Source of the DNA: Candidatus Nealsonbacteria bacterium
Lineage (GTDB): Bacteria; Patescibacteriota; Minisyncoccia; Minisyncoccales; MHMH01
Assembly (NCBI GenBank): GCA_016181985.1
Contig: JACOYG010000020.1
Location: 1-49,253 of the forward strand
DNA: 49,253 nucleotides
Reading direction: 5' to 3'
The translations under genes and the position numbers were made by a program. Under the pieces are notes generated by a model that was given only the letters and a program-made list of their open reading frames with translations, was not told where the DNA came from and made no database searches. The stretch's first letter is position 1, and each line of letters begins with the position of its first letter. This document shows, one piece after another, positions 16,182 through 25,431 of this stretch.

Positions 16182-16745
16182 TCATATTGATACGATTACG
16201 GTAATAATGAAAAGCCGGGATAAAAGTATCCCGGCTATGGTTGGCAAATCTTTGATTTGTCTTTTTTTGATCATCTCCATTGCTTCGGAGGGCGTAACCT
16301 CCATAACATCGATTTCCCGATCTTCTTCCAGTAATTTCCTGTCTTCCACTTTCAGAAGATTCCAAGCCAGAAATAAATGGCAGGCACAGCCGACGAAACG
16401 CGAAGTATCCTGGCTGAAATCGGATATTTCCAACAGATTGCCGGGGAAATAACCGGTTTCCTCAAGTAATTCCCTTGAGGCCGCGCTTTCGGGCGTTTCA
16501 CGACTAATGGAACCGGCGGGCAATTCAATTGAGATGTCGCCGAGCCCGGGACGATAATGCTTAACCAGAACTATCTTACTATCCTTAGTGATGGCAACGA
16601 TATGAACAGAATGCGGTTTCTCAAATAAATAGTAGTCTTTAATAATGGTGCCATCGGGGCGACGAAAATCTTTCTTAAAAAGTTTAAAAAACGTCGTTCT
16701 GATGCTGATCCGAGAGACTAATTCTTGCCAGCCCTTATTCCTCAC
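16182..16745 (-). CDS. NUDIX hydrolase (ADP-ribose pyrophosphatase-like)
   Basis: 187 aa with a canonical Nudix box, GSISRETPESAASRELLEETGY. Confidence 0.8.
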   Translation of the reverse strand: MRNKGWQELVSRISIRTTFFKLFKKDFRRPDGTIIKDYYLFEKPHSVHIVAITKDSKIVLVKHYRPGLGDISIELPAGSISRETPESAASRELLEETGYFPGNLLEISDFSQDTSRFVGCACHLFLAWNLLKVEDRKLLEEDREIDVMEVTPSEAMEMIKKRQIKDLPTIAGILLSRLFIITVIVSI

Positions 16746-17715
16746 TCTTTAATTCCTCCCTCGTAAACAACCCTGCGAATTCCATGCCTTCGCCAATAAG
16801 ATTTTGAATGTTTCGATAAATCAAAGCGTGGGCTTTCCTTAATTCTTCTAGGCTCCCCCTGACTCCGAAAGGAAGGTCGAGCGTGTATCCGCTTTTTTCC
16901 TTGGTAACGATTTTGCAGTCCGATCCCAGCTGCCCATTGATTTCCGGAACTCTTTTGTTTATTTCCTGCCCAAGTTTATTTATCGAAGCAATGATCCTTT
17001 GGAAACCAAGCGGGAACACTCCGTATTTTTCATCCGTCAAATCAGTGGTCTTGCCCGTGACCGGATCAAACGCTAAGCACCCTTCCTCAAAAATTACCGG
17101 CGGCCAGGCAAACGGAGGCTTTTCTCGATGAAACTTTGCCGGAATATTCCTCTTATTCAGCTGAATATATTCCAACACTTTCATGGTCGATTCTCGAGAA
17201 GCGCCGGTGGCAATGGAAATTGGCGGATGAGCGGTGTAGGGCCCTTCGCAATTCTTGATATATTCGGCGATTATCTTGAGAAAAGGCAAATTTTCTTTTA
17301 ATCTTTCCGCTTCCCAAATAACGCCGTCTTTATCAAAATAAATGGAGTGAACCAAACCATGCTTATTGCGCCACTTAGGATAAACTTTCGTCAAAAATTC
17401 CGCTACGGCTTCTGCGCTTCTTTTTTGGGAAACAAATCCTCCGCTTTCTTTAACAAGCTTTTTCACTTCTTCTTGGGCATTCACGGGACACATCAAGAAA
17501 GCTCCCTGCTCGTAAAAGGGAATCATTGATAAAAGCATATCGTCGGCATAGACTATCCGCCCCAAGAGAGCGTTAAGCTCCATCAATTCGCCCATAGCAA
17601 ACTCAACTCCCATATGTCGGCTCATGCCCGATGGCTTAATGTCAAGGGACTGGGGCCCTGAAACATATCGTATTTTCATTTTCTTAAAAAATCCTCCCTT
17701 CTTTTCTTTGGACAT
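16735..17715 (-). CDS. HAD-superfamily-like protein with an unusual motif order
   Basis: Track start 17721 is a GTG. ATG 17715 gives MSKEKK. The N-terminal YADDMLLSMIPFYEQGAFLMCPVNA...GGFVSQKRSAEAVAEF resembles the C-terminal half (motif IV region) of KdsC-type HAD phosphatases. The motif I-like FDKDGVIW and motif II-like SIATGASR occur later in the sequence. Confidence 0.4.
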   Translation of the reverse strand: MSKEKKGGFFKKMKIRYVSGPQSLDIKPSGMSRHMGVEFAMGELMELNALLGRIVYADDMLLSMIPFYEQGAFLMCPVNAQEEVKKLVKESGGFVSQKRSAEAVAEFLTKVYPKWRNKHGLVHSIYFDKDGVIWEAERLKENLPFLKIIAEYIKNCEGPYTAHPPISIATGASRESTMKVLEYIQLNKRNIPAKFHREKPPFAWPPVIFEEGCLAFDPVTGKTTDLTDEKYGVFPLGFQRIIASINKLGQEINKRVPEINGQLGSDCKIVTKEKSGYTLDLPFGVRGSLEELRKAHALIYRNIQNLIGEGMEFAGLFTREELKSEE

Positions 17716-17746
17716 TAACACATCATCACCCTTACGTCAAATAGAA

Positions 17747-19804
17747 CTACTTCACTTTCCATAAATAAACTCCGCCTTTTTGGAAAATGAGCTCAAATAA
17801 ATCGGGCTGGATTTTAATTTTATTGTAAAAATTACCGGCCAAGGGATCGTAACGGCCGCTTTCTATAACATACTTTATGCCGCTTATTTTAAATAAATCG
17901 TAAATCTCTAAGGGGCTTGCGTTATTTTTATACTCTAAATTTGTAATAATATTGAAAGTGTAGCTTGCGGGCTGTATTATTTTAAAATTGCGATACCAGG
18001 CAAAATAAGAAGGGTTGTCGGCCAGGATATAAAAATTCTTGTTTGTTCCCTCCATTAACTCAATTAGGTCAGCCATCTCCGGTCTGAATTCGTAAGCTTC
18101 CTTAGAATTAGGAAAAACAAAACCGCCATGGGCCAGGGAATAAACAGCTGCCAATCCCCAACCGTTAATGATTAGCAAGATAATAATATAGCCTGAAATT
18201 AATCCGAAAAAAATACTCTCTTTCAATTTAATTATCAATCGCCAAATTAAAGTAATAAAAATCAATCCTAAAATCGGCAGCCAGATATTCAGCCACGACC
18301 CTAAATGAAAAACTTCCGCATTTACCAAATAAACGCACCCTGACAAAAAAATTAAATATCTTGATTGCCGCTTGCGAGGCGAAATCAAAAAGAAGAAAAA
18401 AATACCAAGAATCAAAGCCGCAACTAAATTATGATTGTGAATTAATTGGGACAGCGATCCAAGACCATGGAACATCTTCTCAATAGGAGCGAAAAGCTGA
18501 CTTTTGGAAAAAAATAATTTAGTAGAAAATAACCCCCAAAGATTAAGAAAAAACACGAGGGACGAAAATATTCTTGATTTTAAATCTTGCAATCCTAGGA
18601 TGGCGTAAACCGCAAAGATTGCCAAAAATGGCGCAAGGTAGCGGACGAAACCATCGCTCACATTCGGCTCTAAGAAGAAAACCGTGAAAAGCAGAAGGAA
18701 AAATAATAAAACATGCCGGACCTTTCTCTGTTTCCAAAACCCGTAAAAAGACAGGACTATCAGAGGAAAAAACGAAGAAATCAAGGAATATGACGTTTGG
18801 GCTATTTTGGCTAGAATATTGCCGCCGGAGAATAGATGAATCGGACTGGCTAAGCGATTAACCGCTAAAGTCAAGTCATAATACCTGCCTTTAAAAATTC
18901 CGTTAAGTTGAGGAATAAGCGGATTATCAAAAATAATATAATTTCTTAACAGCCATAAAAATAAGGGAAGAGCTAATAACAATAAGCAGCAGTAGGGTCT
19001 TTTCAGATATAACTTATCCTTGATAAAAATCCAACCGATAGGCAAAAATAAAATAAGTCCGGTTTCTTTTGAAACTGCCGCTAAAACAGCGCTTAAAAAC
19101 AATAATAGAAAATAACGGGGATTGATTTCCTTTTGATATTTTTCAAAATAATAGAAGAAGGCGGTGAAAAAAAATAAAATAAAAGGCTCCTGCAAAGGAT
19201 GGTACCCTATCTCCAAAAAAAGAGGACTGGTCAACAGCAATAATATGCCAAAAATTATATAATTTTTAACAACGGCTTTTTCTGAAAGCCAGAGATAAAT
19301 CAAAAAAGCGGTGAAAGAAGCAAAAAGAAAAGGCAAAATAGCGATAACCCAATCGGCGAAGCCAAAAACGCTGAAAATACCGGCATAAAATATCGGTACC
19401 AGTGGCATTCTGCTGGCAAGCCCCATTGAAATATTTAACAGAAAATCAGGCATTTTTCCGTTCAAAACAATTTCTTTGGCCCAAGGCAAATAGGAATTAA
19501 TGCCCATGCCCTCAAAATATCCCTTAATTAAAAGAATGCCGCTAAGAAAAAGGGGGATAAAAATGAAAAAATATAGGTAATGTTTTTTCCATTCGATCCT
19601 TTTCCAAAAAAGAACCCCAAAAAACAAAAAGCCGGCCAGCAGGCCGAATATGATGAGTCCCTTGTTCAGTAAACCTATTAAGCTTAAAAAAAGAAGCAGG
19701 GAAAAAAGAAAATAAGAAACGAAAACCATCAGATCAATGGGATTAAATTTTGGGAAATTGAAAATTGACGATTTTCGCAAATTAAGATATGATAAAAATA
19801 ACAT
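17747..19804 (-). CDS. Large polytopic membrane protein, GT-C (ArnT/PMT)-like glycosyltransferase candidate with a C-terminal soluble domain
   Basis: 685 aa, more than 12 predicted hydrophobic helices, then a ~130-aa hydrophilic C-terminus. Adjacent and divergent to a polyprenyl-phosphate GT2. The exact start is uncertain. Fold assignment rests on architecture only. Confidence 0.5.
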   Translation of the reverse strand: MLFLSYLNLRKSSIFNFPKFNPIDLMVFVSYFLFSLLLFLSLIGLLNKGLIIFGLLAGFLFFGVLFWKRIEWKKHYLYFFIFIPLFLSGILLIKGYFEGMGINSYLPWAKEIVLNGKMPDFLLNISMGLASRMPLVPIFYAGIFSVFGFADWVIAILPFLFASFTAFLIYLWLSEKAVVKNYIIFGILLLLTSPLFLEIGYHPLQEPFILFFFTAFFYYFEKYQKEINPRYFLLLFLSAVLAAVSKETGLILFLPIGWIFIKDKLYLKRPYCCLLLLALPLFLWLLRNYIIFDNPLIPQLNGIFKGRYYDLTLAVNRLASPIHLFSGGNILAKIAQTSYSLISSFFPLIVLSFYGFWKQRKVRHVLLFFLLLFTVFFLEPNVSDGFVRYLAPFLAIFAVYAILGLQDLKSRIFSSLVFFLNLWGLFSTKLFFSKSQLFAPIEKMFHGLGSLSQLIHNHNLVAALILGIFFFFLISPRKRQSRYLIFLSGCVYLVNAEVFHLGSWLNIWLPILGLIFITLIWRLIIKLKESIFFGLISGYIIILLIINGWGLAAVYSLAHGGFVFPNSKEAYEFRPEMADLIELMEGTNKNFYILADNPSYFAWYRNFKIIQPASYTFNIITNLEYKNNASPLEIYDLFKISGIKYVIESGRYDPLAGNFYNKIKIQPDLFELIFQKGGVYLWKVK

Positions 19805-19844
19805 ATTACTAGGATATTTGATCTAATCATAACTATATCACGCC

Positions 19845-20513
19845 ATGAAAACAGTAGCAATAATTCCTGCTTTCAATGAGGAAAAAACTCTGGGAGGAGT
19901 TATTTCGGACCTAAAAAAATATGTGAACCAAATTATCGTCATTGACGACGGCTCAACCGACAAAACCAATCAAATAGCTCGAAGTAAAAATATTAAAATT
20001 TATCGACACTTGATCAACCGGGGATTAGGCGGAGTCTTAAAAACAGGCATTGAAGCCGCCCTGCAAAATGGAGCCGACATTATCATTACTATAGATGCCG
20101 ATGGCCAGCATGATCCGAGTGAAATTCCCAAATTAATCAAGCCGATTATTGAACAAAAGGCGGATGCCGTAATTGGATCACGATTTCTCACCCGCCAGCC
20201 GATGCCTCTTTTTCGAAGAGTGGGCAACATTTTCTTTAATTTCGTTACTTTTTTTCTTTTCGGAGCCAAAACTACCGACAGCCAATCGGGAATGAGGGCT
20301 TTTAGCAAAAAAGGAGCTCAAAGCTTAGAGATCCACAGCAACGGCATGGAAGTTTCCTCGGAAATACTGAAAGAAATCAAAATCAAAAAAATAAGAATGA
20401 AAGAGGTGCCGATTAAATCCATCTATACCGACTATTCTCTTTCCAAGGGGCAAGGATTATTGCCGGGTATTAAAACTTTAATAAAAATTTTATGGTCTTT
20501 ATTCAATTTTTAA
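19845..20513 (+). CDS. GT2 glycosyltransferase (polyprenyl-phosphate sugar synthase-like, soluble form)
   Basis: 222 aa. IIPAFNEEKTLGGVI, IVIDDGSTDKT and TIDADGQHDP (DxD). Confidence 0.85.
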   Translation: MKTVAIIPAFNEEKTLGGVISDLKKYVNQIIVIDDGSTDKTNQIARSKNIKIYRHLINRGLGGVLKTGIEAALQNGADIIITIDADGQHDPSEIPKLIKPIIEQKADAVIGSRFLTRQPMPLFRRVGNIFFNFVTFFLFGAKTTDSQSGMRAFSKKGAQSLEIHSNGMEVSSEILKEIKIKKIRMKEVPIKSIYTDYSLSKGQGLLPGIKTLIKILWSLFNF

Positions 20514-20827
20514 TAATCGCTCTCTCTGCCTTCGTAATCAGCCGGATAATTTTAAGTTTTAGAAGAAATAAAATCGGCCTCAAGGGTTTGCTTTTTTGGC
20601 TGCTGATTTGGTCAACTATCCTCACCGTTGTTTTACTGCCAAAAACCACCGGCTTGCTGGCTAAAATATTAGGAGTCGGACGAGGAAGCGATGCGGCCGT
20701 TTATCTGTCGTTGGTTTTAATTTTTTATTTTATTTTTAGAATATTCGTAAGGCTTGAAAAAATTGAATCCGACATCACTGCTATCGTTCGGGGAATTGCC
20801 TTAAAAGATAAAGACAACAGAAAATGA
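20492..20827 (+). CDS. DUF2304-family small membrane protein
   Basis: 111 aa, three TM segments plus a C-terminal amphipathic tail. It follows a GT2 gene, which is the typical context for this family. Recalled family pattern. Confidence 0.6.
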   Translation: MVFIQFLIIALSAFVISRIILSFRRNKIGLKGLLFWLLIWSTILTVVLLPKTTGLLAKILGVGRGSDAAVYLSLVLIFYFIFRIFVRLEKIESDITAIVRGIALKDKDNRK

Positions 20828-22098
20828 TTGCGGTAATTTTAGCCGGGGGCTTCGGCACCAGGCTTAAAGAGAAAACAAAAAATATTCCCAAACCGATGTT
20901 AAAAATTGGCGGTTTGCCCATACTTGAACGCCAAATTAATTTATTAAAAAAATACGGCGTTAAAGAAATTATTATTCTCACGCATTATCTTTCTGAAGTT
21001 ATTGAAAAATATTTTAAAGATGGCGGCGGTTTTGGCGTAAAAATAAGCTATTTTAAAGAGAAAGAACCGTTGGGAACAGCCGGCGGCTTTAAGGAAATAG
21101 AAAACAAACTAAGGGATGACTTTCTAATTATTTACGGCGATACCATGCTCAATATCGATTTGAGCCGGCTCATCGCTTTCCACAAAAAAAATAACGGGCT
21201 TGCTACGCTGGTTCTGCACCCCACCGATCATCCCTACGACAGCGATTTAGTGGAAATAGATAAAAATCAAAGAATAATCGCCTTTCATCCAAAGCCTCAT
21301 TTCAAAAATCAATACTTCAGAAACTTGGTAAATACCGCCGTCTATGCAATGTCGCCAAAAATTTTAAGATATATCGAGAAGGGCGTGAAAGCCGATTTCG
21401 GAAAAAATATTTTTCCTAAAATTTTTAAAAAAGAAGCTCTTTACGGTTATCGGACAGCCGAATATATCAGAGACGTCGGAACCCCGGCCAGACTCCTTGA
21501 GGTTAATAGGGATTATAAAAGCGGAAAAACTGAAAGGCTTAATATAAAAAATAAAAGAGCGGCTATTTTTATAGATCGCGACGGCACCATCAACCGTCAC
21601 GTTGACCAGCTTTGCAAATTTGAAGATTTTCATCTTTTAAAAGAAACGGCCGAAGCCGTTGGAAGAATAAACGATTCAGAATTTCTGGCGATCGCTATTA
21701 CCAATCAGCCGATAGTGGCTATGGGCCTCTGCTCCATTGAAAAACTTGGACAAATCCATAATAAAATGGAAACTTTGCTCGGTAAAAAAGAGGCCAAACT
21801 GGATGGAATATATTTTTGCCCGCACCACCCCGATTACGGCGAAAAGTGCAACTGCCGCAAGCCGGAAATCGGTTTGGTCAAAATGGCTGAAAAAGATTTT
21901 AATATCGATTTAGAAAAATCTTATTTCATCGGCGACTCCTGGAGGGATATTCTTTGCGGAAAAAACGCCGGCCTAACCACTATCGGAGTAAGAACCGGCC
22001 GGGGGTGCCGAGGCATAAACATAAAGCCGGACTACTTTGCCAAAGATCTTCTTGCAGCGGTTAACTTAATCATTAATAAAAAACATGGAATTAAATAA
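20824..22098 (+). CDS. hddC-gmhB: Fusion protein: sugar-1-phosphate nucleotidyltransferase (HddC-like heptose-1-P guanylyltransferase) plus D,D-heptose 1,7-bisphosphate phosphatase (GmhB)
   Basis: N-terminal MIAVILAGGFGTRLKEKTKNIPKPML (NTP_transferase). C-terminal FIDRDGTIN (HAD motif I), ITNQP, CPHHPD...CNCRKPEIGL (GmhB Zn motif) and IGDSWRDILCGKNAG. ATGA overlap with the upstream gene. Confidence 0.85.
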   Translation: MIAVILAGGFGTRLKEKTKNIPKPMLKIGGLPILERQINLLKKYGVKEIIILTHYLSEVIEKYFKDGGGFGVKISYFKEKEPLGTAGGFKEIENKLRDDFLIIYGDTMLNIDLSRLIAFHKKNNGLATLVLHPTDHPYDSDLVEIDKNQRIIAFHPKPHFKNQYFRNLVNTAVYAMSPKILRYIEKGVKADFGKNIFPKIFKKEALYGYRTAEYIRDVGTPARLLEVNRDYKSGKTERLNIKNKRAAIFIDRDGTINRHVDQLCKFEDFHLLKETAEAVGRINDSEFLAIAITNQPIVAMGLCSIEKLGQIHNKMETLLGKKEAKLDGIYFCPHHPDYGEKCNCRKPEIGLVKMAEKDFNIDLEKSYFIGDSWRDILCGKNAGLTTIGVRTGRGCRGINIKPDYFAKDLLAAVNLIINKKHGIK

Positions 22099-22972
22099 AA
22101 AACGGATATTTATCACGGGCGGCGCGGGATTTATCGGCTCTAACTTAGTCGCTAGATTAAAAAAACAGAATAAAATTACCGTTTACGATAAAAAAAACGG
22201 CGATGATTTGCTTGATTTTATCAAACTAAAAAAAGCAATTAAGAACCATGATTTTGTTTTTCATTTGGCTTCCAACCCCGATATCGCTAAAAGCGAAAAA
22301 AATCCCAGATTGGACATAGATCAAGGCATTTTGACGGCCTTTAATGTTTTGGAAGCCATGAGGCTGAATGATATCAAAAAAATTGCCTATACTTCGGGCA
22401 GCGGAGTTTACGGCGACCAGGGAGTAAAATATACCAAAGAAAGCTTCGGCCCGCTTTTGCCGGTTTCAATGTATGGCGCCAGCAAGCTGGCTTGCGAGGG
22501 TTTAGTCTCCGCCTTTTGCCATATGTATAATATGCAAGCCTGGATTTTCCGACCGGCCAATATCGTCGGCAAGGGACAAACTCACGGCGTCGGCTACGAC
22601 TTTATTAAAAAATTAAGAAATAATCCTAGGGAATTGACGATTTTGGGAGATGGAACGCAAAGCAAGTCCTATCTATATATTAATGACCTGATTGAAGCCG
22701 TGCTCTTAGCTATTAAAAAAGCAAATGATGAAGTTAACTTATTTAATTTGGCTTCAAATGGTTTTACCGATGTAAACACTATCGCTAAAATCACGGTAAA
22801 AGAAATGGGGTTAAAAAACGTTAAATTCAATTACACTGGCGGTTCCCGCGGCTGGAAAGGCGATGTGCCCAAGGTCAGATTAGATGTGGCAAAAATAAAA
22901 AAACTTGGCTGGCAAGCCAAGTTAAATTCGAACCAAGCCATCAGGCAATCCATTAAGGATCTGCTCAAATAA
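22085..22972 (+). CDS. NAD-dependent epimerase/dehydratase (extended SDR)
   Basis: 295 aa. ITGGAGFIGSNL and YGASKLACE (Y-x3-K). Substrate unknown. Sits inside the heptose operon. Confidence 0.8.
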   Translation: MELNKKRIFITGGAGFIGSNLVARLKKQNKITVYDKKNGDDLLDFIKLKKAIKNHDFVFHLASNPDIAKSEKNPRLDIDQGILTAFNVLEAMRLNDIKKIAYTSGSGVYGDQGVKYTKESFGPLLPVSMYGASKLACEGLVSAFCHMYNMQAWIFRPANIVGKGQTHGVGYDFIKKLRNNPRELTILGDGTQSKSYLYINDLIEAVLLAIKKANDEVNLFNLASNGFTDVNTIAKITVKEMGLKNVKFNYTGGSRGWKGDVPKVRLDVAKIKKLGWQAKLNSNQAIRQSIKDLLK

Positions 22973-22996
22973 TAACGTACGCGTTTAACAGTAAAT

Positions 22997-23028
22997 AAAA
23001 ATCCCATCCTTATTCGGATCGGATTTTT
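22997..23028 (+). terminator. Weak hairpin / attenuator candidate between the SDR gene and hddA
   Basis: AAAAATCC...GGATTTTT 8-bp AT-rich stem with a 16-nt loop that holds a nested ATCC/GGAT stem. Low GC, so function is doubtful. Confidence 0.2.
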
Positions 23029-23089
23029 AACAATTGCGTCAATATGGAGGCTATTGTCAAAAAATAGGCGTTATACTAGCATTAAATAT

Positions 23090-24073
23090 ATGATTATTGT
23101 CCGGGCGCCGTTAAGAATACCTCTTGGAGGAGGCGGTACCGACCTCCCTTTTTACTACTCTCAATTTGGCGGAGAGTGGATTTCGGCTGCTATTGATAAA
23201 TACGTTTACGTTGCTATTAACAAGGGCTTTAGCAAGGGTTTTAAAATCCGCTATTCTAAAACCGAAGAGGTGGAAAAGCCGGATCAAATCCAACATCCCA
23301 TATTCAAAGAAGCCATTAAGTTACTAAATATACCCGGCGGAATAGAAATTGTTTCAGTAGCCGACGTGCCGACAAATACCGGACTGGGAAGCTCGGGAAG
23401 TTTTACCGTTGCCTTGCTTATGGCCCTCCACGCCTTTTTGAGAGATACCGGGCACGACGATCTTCCTGCAAAAAAAGACATTGCCGAACAAGCCTGCCAT
23501 ATTGCCATGAATTTGCTGAAAGAGCCATCGGGCAAGCAGGATGAATATATTGCCGCTTATGGCGGCGTTAACAATTTTTTTATCTCGCAAAACGGCGAAG
23601 TTACGGTAGAGCCGTTTTATCCTCAAAAAATTTCCACGCAAACTCTTGAAAAATTGGAAAGCAATCTTTTGATGTTCTATACCGGCATACAAAGAGCATC
23701 CGGACCCGTTTTGAAAGCTCAAACTCAAGCTATTGAAAATTTTCACCGTGTCAAAGAAATCGGCAGAGAAATTAAAGGCGCTTTGAAAAGAAATGACCTG
23801 CGCAAATTCGGAGAATTATTGGATGTCCATTGGCAGGAAAAAATAAAAAGGGGCGGGACATCAGACCCGCAAATTAACAGCTGGTACCAAATTGCCAAAG
23901 AAAACGGCGCCCTCGGCGGAAAATTGATGGGCGCAGGCGGCGGCGGATTTTTCCTGTTCTACTGCGATAACCAAAAAGAAAAATTGAGAAAAGCCATGCA
24001 AGAGCAGGGCCTAAAAGAACAGCTGTTCCATTTTGATACGGAAGGCGCCAAAGTAATTGTTGATTTTAAATAA
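23090..24073 (+). CDS. hddA: GHMP kinase, D-glycero-alpha-D-manno-heptose 7-phosphate kinase (HddA-like)
   Basis: Track start 23054 is a TTG. ATG 23090 gives MIIVRAPLRIPLGGGGTD, matching HddA-type N-termini. GHMP motifs PTNTGLGSSGSF and GGKLMGAGGGGFFLFY. Confidence 0.8.
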   Translation: MIIVRAPLRIPLGGGGTDLPFYYSQFGGEWISAAIDKYVYVAINKGFSKGFKIRYSKTEEVEKPDQIQHPIFKEAIKLLNIPGGIEIVSVADVPTNTGLGSSGSFTVALLMALHAFLRDTGHDDLPAKKDIAEQACHIAMNLLKEPSGKQDEYIAAYGGVNNFFISQNGEVTVEPFYPQKISTQTLEKLESNLLMFYTGIQRASGPVLKAQTQAIENFHRVKEIGREIKGALKRNDLRKFGELLDVHWQEKIKRGGTSDPQINSWYQIAKENGALGGKLMGAGGGGFFLFYCDNQKEKLRKAMQEQGLKEQLFHFDTEGAKVIVDFK

Positions 24074-24074
24074 T

Positions 24075-24689
24075 ATGATTGATGATTTTATATCGGAATT
24101 ACAAAGAATAATTAAAGAAACTGACAAGCAAAAAATTCAGGAGGCGGTTAACATTTTGTTTGACGCCTGGGAAAAGAATAAAACCGTTTTTGTCATAGGC
24201 TGCGGCGGCTCGGCTTCAACCGCCACTCATTTTGCCGCCGACCTCTCCAAAACCATCCTCGTGCCGGGAGCTAAGGGATTAAAGGCAATGGCCTTGGTTG
24301 ATAATATTCCCCTGGTTTCGGCCTGGATCAACGATTACGGCTGGAATTCTATTTTTAAAGAACAACTGGAGCCCTGGATTCAAAAAGACGATGTTTTGGT
24401 CGGTTTTTCGGTACATGGCGGTTCCGTCGGCGAAGGCGTAAATATCTGGTCGCAAAATTTAAATCAAGCCATGAAGCTGGCCAAAGAAACCAAGGCGAAG
24501 ATAATCGGCTTCAGCGGCTTTGACGGAGGAGCCATGTCTCAAATGGCGAATGTCAACATCATCGTTCCGGTGAATGCAGAACCCTTGGGCACTCCCCTGA
24601 TTGAAGGCTTTCATGTGGTCTTGAATCATTTGATTATTGCTTCTTTAAAAGATAAAATTAAAAATTATTTGCGAAGCTACGAAATTTAA
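24075..24689 (+). CDS. gmhA: SIS-domain phosphoheptose isomerase (GmhA-like)
   Basis: ATG 24075 lies 1 nt after the hddA stop (track start 24057 is a TTG). Motifs VIGCGGSASTATHFAADL, VLVGFSVHGGS, IIGFSGFDGG and IEGFHVVLNHL. Confidence 0.75.
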   Translation: MIDDFISELQRIIKETDKQKIQEAVNILFDAWEKNKTVFVIGCGGSASTATHFAADLSKTILVPGAKGLKAMALVDNIPLVSAWINDYGWNSIFKEQLEPWIQKDDVLVGFSVHGGSVGEGVNIWSQNLNQAMKLAKETKAKIIGFSGFDGGAMSQMANVNIIVPVNAEPLGTPLIEGFHVVLNHLIIASLKDKIKNYLRSYEI

Positions 24690-24708
24690 AAATTAACTTC
24701 GAAAGCTT

Positions 24709-25428
24709 ATGGTTAAAAAAATAGATGAATTAAAAATAAAAATTTTCGCCGATGGCGCCGATCAAAAAGCCATGGCGGAGTTTAACAAAAGCCCTTTGAT
24801 TAAAGGATTTACCACCAACCCCTCTTTAATGAAAGAAAGCGGGGTAATGAATTACACGGAATTTGCCAAGGGAATATTGAACGAGATAAAAGAAAAACCC
24901 GTTTCTTTTGAAGTTTTCGGCGATGATTTCAATGAAATGGAAAGGCAGGCAAAAATAATCAGCTCTTGGGGGAATAATGTTTATGTCAAAATCCCCATAT
25001 CCAACACCAAGGGAGAGTCGCCTTTTGACCTGATAAAAAATCTGTCGGCGCGGGGAATAAAAATAAACCTTACGGCTATTTTGGACTTTGACCAGGTTAA
25101 ACATATCGCCCCCGCTTTCCATCCCGGTACGCCGGCTATTATTTCTGTTTTTGCCGGCAGAATAGCCGATACTGGCAGAAATCCCGTACCCATAATGAAA
25201 GATGCCAAGGAATTTTTAAGCAACTATAAAAATTTAGAACTTTTGTGGGCAAGCCCGCGGCAAGTTTTTGATATTTTCCAAGCAGAAGAAGCCAATTCTG
25301 ACATTATCACCGTTCTGCCAGGTTTCCTGAATAAACTGGATAAGATTGGCAAAGATTTAAAAGAGTACTCCTTGGAAACGGTCAAAATGTTTTACGAAGA
25401 TGCTAAAAATAAAGGATACCAGCTTTAA
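24709..25428 (+). CDS. tal: Small transaldolase / fructose-6-phosphate aldolase family protein
   Basis: 239 aa. GFTTNPSL, the Schiff-base lysine context VYVKIP, NLTAI and ISVFAGRIADTG. Confidence 0.75.
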   Translation: MVKKIDELKIKIFADGADQKAMAEFNKSPLIKGFTTNPSLMKESGVMNYTEFAKGILNEIKEKPVSFEVFGDDFNEMERQAKIISSWGNNVYVKIPISNTKGESPFDLIKNLSARGIKINLTAILDFDQVKHIAPAFHPGTPAIISVFAGRIADTGRNPVPIMKDAKEFLSNYKNLELLWASPRQVFDIFQAEEANSDIITVLPGFLNKLDKIGKDLKEYSLETVKMFYEDAKNKGYQL

Positions 25429-25431
25429 TCG

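Noticed and set aside
14867-17715. RecQ-Nudix-HAD-like block as an anti-phage defence system
   Set aside because: All three look like ordinary housekeeping families with intact canonical motifs (RecQ, Nudix). No nuclease, TIR, Sir2 or other effector-type domains are visible, and the block sits in an operon with a membrane glycosyltransferase-like gene.
23054-23089. TTG/GTG-initiated N-terminal extensions in the track (23054, 24057, 31761, 32152, 7578, 17721, 8407, 9324, 39576, 1338)
   Set aside because: In each case an in-frame ATG downstream gives a family-typical N-terminus and removes or minimises overlap with the upstream gene. It often creates an ATGA stop/start overlap like those seen elsewhere in the window.
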